This document shows, one piece after another, positions 28,669-35,976 of a stretch of 64,000 nt of DNA. Source of the stretch: Anaerolineales bacterium. GTDB lineage: Bacteria > Chloroflexota > Anaerolineae > Anaerolineales > UBA11858. Both the position numbers and the translations under genes were made by a program. The stretch is taken from NCBI GenBank assembly GCA_046483045.1, contig JAWODY010000081.1, positions 98,666 through 162,665 on the forward strand, given 5' to 3'. The notes under the pieces were generated by a model, which was given only the letters and a program-made list of their open reading frames with translations, ran no database searches and was not told where the DNA came from. Positions within the stretch are counted from its first letter, which is position 1. Each line of letters opens with the position of its first letter.

Positions 28669-29617
28669 ACGTTGTATTTTTATCTTCTGTATTTACGAAA
28701 GGTGTCGTCACATCTGGTTGTGTTTCAAAAGTTCCTACCTGATAGGGCTGCTTCGCTCGAAAGTGAACGGCGACATGTTTGACCATCGCAAGCTGAAAAG
28801 CACACTGTACTGCGCCCACCCGTTCAAGGGCAGAGATGAGCTTTTTTTGATAGGTGCGGACCCGGAAAAAGGTTTTTTTCCGGCCGTGATGGGGTAATTT
28901 CTCACATAAAGCTGCGATATGATCTTCCAGGTTGGATTCCGCGGGGTCGATAATCAGGTCCATCAAAACCCCTTTTGGGCCTTCATGGAAAACCGTAAAT
29001 CCCACAAGCTCACCGTCCGCCCAAAAACTAAGCCCCTGGAGATCCTCTACCCGGGGCGGCGCTTCCACGCGCTGCACATCGCGGGGGATGACCTTCCGGT
29101 ATAAACGCTGGATCGCTTCACCTTCCCCTTTCGAAAAAGGGGTCCAGCCGGGCTGGGAGCGGTCGTGCTTCAGCGTTCCGGGAACCATCCATATCCACTG
29201 CTCCGCATACGCGCGGAATCCACTCTGGCGTAAACAATCCTTGAGAGGAGATTCCCGCTGCACTTCAGCCATAATATGGAACGCACCCCGCTCACCTGCC
29301 TGTTGGCAGAGATGAGAGATCACCCTCACCATCTGGACCCGGGAATCAGGATCGGCGGGCGCCAGAAACGTGAGCTGAGCTGAAGGTTTCTCTGGCGCGC
29401 GGTACATCTGGCCTACGGCAGGAGATGAATCCTCCACCGAGGATTGCCAGGTGGTAAAAATCCCGCTCCCGGGAAACACCAAAGAAAGCAGCACGCTGGA
29501 AAAAAACCCCGGGGCGTAGGTCAGGCGGAGGGTGTTATCCAAAAAAACCGCCCGATCCCGATATCGAATAAATGTCAACACATCACGCCAGGCAAAAGCT
29601 CGAGCCATAAATGACAC
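28655..29617 (-). CDS. hypothetical protein, possibly tandem GNAT-like folds
   Basis: 320 aa with no motif I can name confidently. Two segments resemble acetyltransferase beta4-alpha3-beta5 cores. The gene overlaps the downstream ATPase start by 14 bp and begins 3 nt after pdxT. Confidence 0.5.
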   Translation of the reverse strand: MSFMARAFAWRDVLTFIRYRDRAVFLDNTLRLTYAPGFFSSVLLSLVFPGSGIFTTWQSSVEDSSPAVGQMYRAPEKPSAQLTFLAPADPDSRVQMVRVISHLCQQAGERGAFHIMAEVQRESPLKDCLRQSGFRAYAEQWIWMVPGTLKHDRSQPGWTPFSKGEGEAIQRLYRKVIPRDVQRVEAPPRVEDLQGLSFWADGELVGFTVFHEGPKGVLMDLIIDPAESNLEDHIAALCEKLPHHGRKKTFFRVRTYQKKLISALERVGAVQCAFQLAMVKHVAVHFRAKQPYQVGTFETQPDVTTPFVNTEDKNTTYVKS

Positions 29618-29620
29618 CGC

Positions 29621-30223
29621 TTAGGCCTCCAAGGTCTTCTCCACCATGAAGAGAAAATACCGGTGAACGCGATCATCTTCCGTTAATTCTGGATGGAATG
29701 TCGTGGCCAATAGGTGATCCTGCTGGGCAGCGACGATCCGCCCATCTGGAAGGGTGGCCAACACTTCGGCGCCTTTTTCGACGGATTCAATCAGGGGTGC
29801 GCGAATGAAGATCGCATGAAATGGGGTCTGGTTAGCAGAAACGCGCGATAAAGTGGGGAAATCAATTTCCGTCTCAAAACTGGCAATTTGACGACCGAAC
29901 GCGTTTCGTTCCACTGTGATATCCATCAGGCCCAATAATGGCTGCTGGCGCTGTGCGTCTTTGGAAAGGAAGATCGCCCCAGCGCACGTGCCCCACACGG
30001 GTTGCGATCTACCAAAAGCTTTCAGCTCATCCAGTAAACCGAAATCAACGGCTAATTTTCCAATGGTCGTCGATTCGCCTCCAGGAATGATCAAGCCATC
30101 CACGTTTGCCAGATGATGAGGGAGGCGGACTTTTTGGGTCCGGACACCCAGCCTGGAGAGGGCGACCATATGTTCTGCGAATGATCCCTGCAAAGCCAAC
30201 ACCCCTATGTTCATTTTTTTCAT
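29621..30223 (-). CDS. pdxT: pyridoxal 5'-phosphate synthase glutaminase subunit PdxT
   Basis: IGVLALQGSFAEH, GTCAG (catalytic Cys) and a FHPEL motif. The start is set at MKKMNIGV. Confidence 0.9.
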   Translation of the reverse strand: MKKMNIGVLALQGSFAEHMVALSRLGVRTQKVRLPHHLANVDGLIIPGGESTTIGKLAVDFGLLDELKAFGRSQPVWGTCAGAIFLSKDAQRQQPLLGLMDITVERNAFGRQIASFETEIDFPTLSRVSANQTPFHAIFIRAPLIESVEKGAEVLATLPDGRIVAAQQDHLLATTFHPELTEDDRVHRYFLFMVEKTLEA

Positions 30224-30286
30224 ATTAACTCGGAACTTGGAGGCCCAGTGCAGGGAAGTCACGCAGGGTAAGATACGTCATTGCCA

Positions 30287-31174
30287 TTACCAACCCCGAT
30301 CGGCAATTTTTTCCTCTTCAGGCATGGTCGATATATTCCGTCCTACCATGGCCTCACCCAGGTTGCGGCTGACCTCCGCAAGGATCTCAGGGTCCTCGTA
30401 ATGTGTGACCGCTTTGACGACGGCATCTCCCCGTTTGGCTGGATTTCCCGACTTGAAAATGCCGGAACCGACGAAGACGCCATCCACGCCAAGCTGCATC
30501 ATCATGGCAGCATCCGCCGGGGTAGCAATCCCACCAGCTGCGAAATTGACCACAGGCAGACGGCCCAGTTCACGGGTTTCCACTACCAGATCATAGGGGG
30601 CGCCGATCTTTTTCGCAAAGGACATCAGCTCCTCGTCCGGCATGTTCTGCAGCCGCCGAATATCACCCATCACGCTCCGGGCATGGCGGACAGCTTCCAC
30701 CACATCTCCCGTACCCGCCTCGCCTTTGGTGCGGATCATAGCCGCCCCTTCTCCGATCCGGCGAAGGGCCTCCCCCAAGTTCCGGCAGCCGCACACAAAG
30801 GGGGTCTTGAATTGATGCTTATCAATGTGATGCTCTTCATCAGCAGGCGTCAAAACTTCGGATTCATCAATATAGTCCACTTCCAAAGCCTCTAAAATCT
30901 GGGCTTCCACGAAGTGACCGATGCGGGCTTTGGCCATCACCGGAATAGACACGCTCTCCATAATCTGGATGATCAACTCAGGGTCGCTCATCCGGGCTAC
31001 CCCGCCTTGATCCCGGATGTCGGCGGGAACGCGCTCTAAAGCCATCACTGCCACCGCACCCGCATCTTCTGCAATCTTGGCTTGATCAGGGGTGACCACA
31101 TCCATGATCACGCCGCCTTTCAACATCTGAGCAAGCCCTTTTTTGGTCGTAAAGGTACTGACTTGGGATTCCAT
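30287..31174 (-). CDS. pdxS: pyridoxal 5'-phosphate synthase lyase subunit PdxS
   Basis: [15 protein letters not shown]...[13 protein letters not shown]...[10 protein letters not shown] are highly conserved PdxS blocks. The start is trimmed to MESQVSTF. Confidence 0.95.
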   Translation of the reverse strand: MESQVSTFTTKKGLAQMLKGGVIMDVVTPDQAKIAEDAGAVAVMALERVPADIRDQGGVARMSDPELIIQIMESVSIPVMAKARIGHFVEAQILEALEVDYIDESEVLTPADEEHHIDKHQFKTPFVCGCRNLGEALRRIGEGAAMIRTKGEAGTGDVVEAVRHARSVMGDIRRLQNMPDEELMSFAKKIGAPYDLVVETRELGRLPVVNFAAGGIATPADAAMMMQLGVDGVFVGSGIFKSGNPAKRGDAVVKAVTHYEDPEILAEVSRNLGEAMVGRNISTMPEEEKIADRGW

Positions 31175-31318
31175 TTTCAATCGTACTCCTGAACTACCAG
31201 AAACATTTAAACGAAGTTCCATGGACAAATCATGCGCATTGACACCTTGATACAAGGTAAAAATTTCATCTAGATTACCTTGATCTACATGAACAAAACG
31301 TCCATGGATTGCGAAGAG

Positions 31319-31347
31319 ATTCTACCATGCAAACCGGTGAGAAGCAA
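31319..31347 (-). promoter_or_regulatory. putative pdxS promoter
   Basis: Minus strand: TTGCTT (31347-31342), 17-nt spacer, TAGAAT (31324-31319) with a TGg extended -10. It leaves a ~140-nt leader. Confidence 0.6.
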
Positions 31348-31470
31348 ACACAGGGAAAACCACCCCTATTCCAATTTCCCCCTTCTGTGGATCCACGTTG
31401 AACACTCTCTCTCCGATGCTGCTCGGAAAGGCGTACAAACATTGCGGCGAAGTCACCCCTGGTTCAAACC

Positions 31471-31746
31471 TTAACGCTCTTCAACATTGATCCGAATCGC
31501 GGTCCGGATATTGCCGTCAATCTCGACATCCACAAACTCGGGAATGCTGATCACGTCATATCCATCCTCGGCCAGGTAATCACGGGCTAACGCCATCGCC
31601 TTGACCGCCTGGTTGACTGCACTGGCACCGATCGCCTGCACATTCGCAAACTTCTGTTCACGGAATATGCCTGCTATTGCCCCTGCAACAGCCGAGGTGC
31701 GGGAGGTCGCTGAAACCTTAATGATTTCCACATTGTCGGTATCCAT
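31471..31746 (-). CDS. spoVS: SpoVS-family protein
   Basis: IIKVSATSRTSAVAGAIAGIFRE...VQAIGASAVNQAVKAMALARDYL is a classic SpoVS sequence. The start is MDTDNV, preceded by GGGAGAGG. Confidence 0.85.
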   Translation of the reverse strand: MDTDNVEIIKVSATSRTSAVAGAIAGIFREQKFANVQAIGASAVNQAVKAMALARDYLAEDGYDVISIPEFVDVEIDGNIRTAIRINVEER

Positions 31747-31899
31747 GGTCCTCTCCCTGAGGTAAGACGCTAGATAGTCTCCCATTTCGGAGGAGTATTC
31801 ATTTTGTGTTATTCATTGTACATAATCCAGTAAGTTTTATCAAGCAAGAAACAATTCCACCCCACCGTTTGGACAACAAGCGGATTGTAACTTGATATA

Positions 31900-31928
31900 T
31901 TGATACACTTGACATTTATGGGTAAAAT
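31900..31928 (+). promoter_or_regulatory. putative promoter of the cupin gene
   Basis: TTGATA (31900-31905), 17-nt spacer, TAAAAT (31923-31928). It leaves a ~150-nt leader. Confidence 0.45.
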
Positions 31929-32088
31929 ACAAGAACGGAATCCCGGAGCGGAAAGGACAGTACGTGCTTTGCTGCCAGGACTCTGGCCTCACCCAGCGGT
32001 CCTGCAACCAAGGCATTTGAGAAACCTACCACCCGGGAAAGGCTCATTCACCCCGGTTGAAAAGCGGCTGTACTGCCAGGATATACCT

Positions 32089-32411
32089 ATGGAAAAAACG
32101 TACACTTTCTTAAAAACCTGCCCGTTTCAGATCAGGACGTTCCCCCGGACAGTATTCTCAGCAAGACTGTGTTTGAAGATGGAAGGGTGAAAGTTATCTT
32201 GTTCAGTTTCGCTCCCGAACAGGAATTATCAGAACATACCGCTTCCGTCCCGGCCATCCTTCACTTCCTTGACGGAAATGCCCATCTTGTCTCAGGGGAG
32301 GAGGAACAGGAAGCCGGCCCCGGCACCTGGGTTCATATGCCGGCCAATCTATCCCACAGCATTTTCGCAAAAAGCAACCTCACCATGCTCTTATATCTGC
32401 TCGAGCAATAA
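32089..32411 (+). pseudogene. cupin-domain protein, frame broken in an A6 run just after the ATG (or assembly error)
   Basis: ATG at 32089 is followed by GAAAAAAC. Adding one A (A6 to A7 at 32093-32098) would give MEKNVHFLKNLPVSDQDVPPDSILSKTVFEDGRVKVILFSFAPEQELSEHTA..., a complete ~107-aa cupin. As written, only an 80-aa GTG-started fragment (32169-32411) stays in frame. Confidence 0.6.
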
Positions 32412-32421
32412 ACCAACTCGC

Positions 32422-32594
32422 TTAACTTGACATTGTTAGATTAAAACATATGTTCTAATTTTAGGCGAAGGAAGAGTATTCCCGGCCCCTTTGATCCTAA
32501 AATTCATTCATTAGAGGCAGAGGTTTTGCCCATTTTATTCATTTTTTATTCATAATAATCGAACATCTGTGCTAATTTAACATTGTCAAGTTAA
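32422..32594. repeat. 173-bp TIR-bounded element, copy A (inverted relative to copy B)
   Basis: Begins TTAACTTGACATTGTTAGATTAAAACATATGTTC and ends GAACATCTGTGCTAATTTAACATTGTCAAGTTAA. Its reverse complement aligns with 52600-52773 at about 83% identity (hand alignment). Confidence 0.85.
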
Positions 32595-32609
32595 GTACAC
32601 CCAAAAAAC

Positions 32610-33374
32610 ATGCAAATCCTGGCCATCATTTCCGGTGAATACGGCAGGCGTCATGTAGGAAACATTACCACTCACGGGCCTCAAGAGTGGCATATAGAAA
32701 CCTGGCGGACGCCAAGGTCTTTCCCGCCCATCATTGATTATCCGGAGGATCACCTGCCGGACACCCTCCCGGAAGCGGATCTGCTGCTCTCTTTTGCTGA
32801 AGACAAAGGCGCAGCGGAACTGCTCCCCGAGATCGCCAAGATGACAGGGGCGAAAGCCGTGATCGTTGCTGTCGACGATGAGGGCTGGCTGCCGCGGGGG
32901 TTAGACCGGCAGCTCCGGGGCTGGCTGGAGGAACAAGGTGTGACCTGCGTGACCCCTAAACCATTATGCTCTTTGACCGAGAGCGAATACGGGGTAACCC
33001 AACAGAAAACCAGATCCTATCAAGACCCCTACATTGAAGCCTTCGCCCGGCACTTTGGGCGTCCTGAACTGGAACTCGAGATCGATCCGGAAACGAAGAT
33101 CATCGCCAGCGCTCAGGTCGTCCAGGACGTTGTATGCGGCTGTGCCCGCCACGTCGCGCAGGGCTTAATTGGCATATCCGTGAACGACGCGGAGGAGAAG
33201 GCAGGACTGCTGCATCACCATTATCCCTGCCTGGCGAGCATGAAGAAACTCCCCCATTTCAACCACGACACCCTGATGCACACGTCAGGTCAAATCCTGA
33301 AAAACAATGTTGCCATGCAGGTGAAACCTTACAAACACGTGCGGTACATCGAACCCGGAAAACGATCAGAGTGA
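32610..33374 (+). CDS. DUF166 (COG1810-like) family protein
   Basis: 254 aa. ILAIISGEYGRRH...IIDYPEDHLPDTLPEADLLLSF...LPEIAKMTGAKAVIVAV...CSL matches my recollection of the mostly archaeal DUF166 family layout. Function is unknown or uncertain. Confidence 0.65.
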   Translation: MQILAIISGEYGRRHVGNITTHGPQEWHIETWRTPRSFPPIIDYPEDHLPDTLPEADLLLSFAEDKGAAELLPEIAKMTGAKAVIVAVDDEGWLPRGLDRQLRGWLEEQGVTCVTPKPLCSLTESEYGVTQQKTRSYQDPYIEAFARHFGRPELELEIDPETKIIASAQVVQDVVCGCARHVAQGLIGISVNDAEEKAGLLHHHYPCLASMKKLPHFNHDTLMHTSGQILKNNVAMQVKPYKHVRYIEPGKRSE

Positions 33375-33611
33375 TCATGCCTTCTATCACATAAGCTTAA
33401 GGGCGGGGTTCTTGGAAACCCTTTTGTATCGGGTGAATAAGGAAAGGCCGCAAACATTTCTCCCTTTTCAAGATACAGTGAATACATACCGGAACAAGAT
33501 TGTCGTCCTGGAGGGACCGGATATGATCCGGTTCACCCACCAGGTTGGTCTTTTCTACAAACACCAGAAGAGGTCAGCCCGGGCCATGTCAAAAAGAAAA
33601 GGAAACCAGCC

Positions 33612-34601
33612 ATGGAAATTGCCATAGACATACACAATCTGACGAAATACTATGGAGATTTGCTCGCTGTGGACCAGATCAACTTCCAGGTCAAACGGGG
33701 AGAGGTATTCGGATTCCTGGGCCCCAACGGAGCAGGCAAGACAACCACACAGCGGATGCTGACCACCCTGCTGAAACCTACGGAGGGACGAATCCAGATC
33801 TACGGCCACGACCTGGCCCAGGACCCCATGCCCGTCAAACGGCGGATGGGGCTGGTGCCGGAGGAGTCCAACGTATATACTGAGCTCACCGCCTGGGGCA
33901 ACCTGTTGTTCACAGCCAAGCTTTACCGGGTACCTGCCGGCGACCGGGAACCACGCGCCCGTGATTTATTGGAGACGTTCGGATTGTGGGAAAAGCGCCA
34001 TGTGAAGGTGGAAGAGTTTTCCAAAGGGATGCGCCGCCGTTTGAGCATCGCCATGGCCATCATCCACAAGCCTTCCCTGCTCTTTTTGGATGAGCTCACG
34101 CCGGGGCTGGATGCCCAGAGCGCGCGAGCCATCCGGAAGATGAACCGCGATCTGAACGCGGAAGGCACAACTATTTATCTAACCACGCACCAGATCGAGG
34201 AAGCCAACCAGCTTTGCGACCGGGTGGCGATTATCAACCATGGACAAATCGCTGCCATCGATATCCCGGAGCACTTGAAAGCCGCCTTCCGAAAAGTGCA
34301 GTCAGTGGAGATAGCTCTGTCGCCGGACGGGCAAACTCATGGAGAGCGCCTTAAAACTCTTCCCGGCGTCAGCCAAGCGGTGAAGCGGGGGGACAAACGG
34401 CGGCTGTACACCGAGCAGCCTTCCGCGTTACTTCCCCGCCTTGTGGATTATGCTGAAAAGCAAAACGCAAAAATCGTCAGCCTGTGCACATTAGGGCCCA
34501 GCCTGGAAGATGTCTTCCTGCAGATCACAGGACAGGAAATCGGTGCTGTACAACATAAAACAAAAACTTCCAAGGGCAAGACCCGGAAAGGAGGACAATA
34601 A
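33612..34601 (+). CDS. ABC transporter ATP-binding protein (ABC-2/DrrA-type)
   Basis: Walker A GPNGAGKTT, signature FSKGMRRRL, Walker B LLFLDELTPGLD, and a C-terminal extension. Confidence 0.9.
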   Translation: MEIAIDIHNLTKYYGDLLAVDQINFQVKRGEVFGFLGPNGAGKTTTQRMLTTLLKPTEGRIQIYGHDLAQDPMPVKRRMGLVPEESNVYTELTAWGNLLFTAKLYRVPAGDREPRARDLLETFGLWEKRHVKVEEFSKGMRRRLSIAMAIIHKPSLLFLDELTPGLDAQSARAIRKMNRDLNAEGTTIYLTTHQIEEANQLCDRVAIINHGQIAAIDIPEHLKAAFRKVQSVEIALSPDGQTHGERLKTLPGVSQAVKRGDKRRLYTEQPSALLPRLVDYAEKQNAKIVSLCTLGPSLEDVFLQITGQEIGAVQHKTKTSKGKTRKGGQ

Positions 34602-35364
34602 TGAGTAGAGGGTGGATAACTCGTCTGCAAGATGAAATCAGCCAGGCCTGGACGGTGGCTGTCAAGGACGTCCGCGTGTACTATCTTACGCCCCCCATGA
34701 TCATGTTCGGATTAATGCTTCCCATTTTCCTCTTCTTTTCCTTTGCAATCAAACGCGAGATCGGCCTAGAAATAGGTCTGTCACGTCTGCTGGCCCTGAC
34801 CACATTCTTAACTGCTTCCTCCGCTAGCCCCGTGATCATCCCCCTGGAGCGGAGGGTCGGCACTTACGACCGCTTACTGACTGCCCCGATATCGCTGACA
34901 ACTTTACTGCTGGGCAAAACCCTGGTGGGTGCCTTCTTTGCCACACTGGTTTCTACGGCCCCTCTCCTGATCAGTATTTTGGGCCTAGGCGTTAAGTTGG
35001 CTGATGTGGGTTTGCTGTTTATAAGCGTTCCCCTGACCAGCCTTGCCTTCTCCGCTTTCAGCCTTGTTTTCGCCTCCATTCCCACTCGTTCAGTGGGCAA
35101 CATCATGAAACCCAGCACCCTGGTGCGCTGGCCGCTGGTGTTCATCAGCGGGATCTTCATCCCTCTGGAAGAGATGGCGCCCTAGGACCGAACCCTGGCT
35201 TACTTTTCCCCCTGACCTACGCCCAAGACCTGATGAACCACACCGTGCTGGGAAAAGGTTTCCTCAATCCCTGGATCAATGTCGCGATCCTGCCCCTGCT
35301 GCTCATCTTATTTCTGATTCCCGCCGTGTGCCTGCACCACCGGAGCCGCGTCATAGGGTATTAG
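34601..35364 (+). pseudogene. ABC-2 type permease disrupted by an in-frame TAG and a -1 frameshift
   Basis: The reading frame stops at TAG 35183-35185, where homologs have a conserved Trp (TGG). Thirty nt later a C5 run (35208-35212) needs one more C to continue as ...YFSPLTYAQDLMNHTVLGKGFLNPWINVAILPLLLILFLIPAVCL..., ending at 35364. Confidence 0.75.
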
Positions 35365-35472
35365 TACCAAGCCCTCCGACCTTCCTTTCCATGATATACT
35401 GGAGGGGTGGGTATACGATCCCAATTTGAGTCCTGTGGGGCGTTATTCTTATCCACAGACTTGGAGGTGGTT

Positions 35473-35844
35473 ATGAAACAGAGTAGAATGGCTGTCATCA
35501 TAGCGGTGGTAGGTGTGATATGCGCGGCCTGCACAGGGGGAGAAGAGATCCAGGAGCCGACCCAACCTGTTGAGGAGCCAGCCCAGTCCTCCGAACCCTC
35601 ATCGGAACCCATGGTCCAGGACCAACCGGTCGCGTCCTACTTTCAGGACAACTGCGCAAGGTGCCACGGTGAAAATCGGGAAGGGAGAAATGGGCCTGCC
35701 CTCCTGCCGGATAGCCTGTCACGGGATAATGCCTACTACCTTGACATCATCCGGAACGGCAAAAGAGGGATGCCATCCTTCGGGAGCAAGCTCAGTGATA
35801 AGGAAATCCAGATCCTGATCGACTTCCTGCGCACCGAATCCTGA
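35473..35844 (+). CDS. class I c-type cytochrome with N-terminal signal/anchor
   Basis: Start MKQSRMAVIIAVVGVICAAC is preceded by GGAGGTGG. One CxxCH heme site (CARCH) and a distal Met region (GKRGMPSFG). Confidence 0.8.
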   Translation: MKQSRMAVIIAVVGVICAACTGGEEIQEPTQPVEEPAQSSEPSSEPMVQDQPVASYFQDNCARCHGENREGRNGPALLPDSLSRDNAYYLDIIRNGKRGMPSFGSKLSDKEIQILIDFLRTES

Positions 35845-35872
35845 CCAACCCATAAAACGCGATCACCAAAAA

Positions 35873-35906
35873 AGCCCGGTGCAGTCATGGACTGCACCGG
35901 GCTTTT
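35873..35906. terminator. bidirectional rho-independent terminator (cytochrome c / GH57 convergent)
   Basis: 14-bp stem AGCCCGGTGCAGTC/GACTGCACCGGGCT, with A6 upstream and T4 downstream. Confidence 0.8.
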
Positions 35907-35976
35907 GGCTGTCTCCTCTCTGTCTTAAGAGCAAAGAGAGAGATGAATACACCCTTCTTTATCAAAAGAACGGGAC

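Noticed and set aside
31906-31936. Possible third, partial copy of the element terminus (ACTTGACATT, an exact 10-mer) upstream of the cupin gene, plus TTAACTTGTCA at 9431-9441 upstream of groEL
   Set aside because: Similarity fades after 10-11 nt (roughly 60% over the next 20 nt, and that only with a 1-nt shift). It cannot be distinguished from a chance match or from a generic TTGACA promoter context without a genome-wide search.
31935-32088. Cobalamin riboswitch upstream of the cupin gene (GGGAA, GGTTGAAAAGC and GCCAGGA-like words)
   Set aside because: The B12-box and the CCCGC...ACTGT core are not present in recognisable form. The region is too short for the full cobalamin fold.
33412-33627. 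71-codon TTG-started ORF in the DUF166/ABC intergenic gap
   Set aside because: It has a non-canonical start and no SD sequence, overlaps the ABC ATPase start, and has no recognisable family. It could be a remnant of a regulator gene, but I cannot support that.
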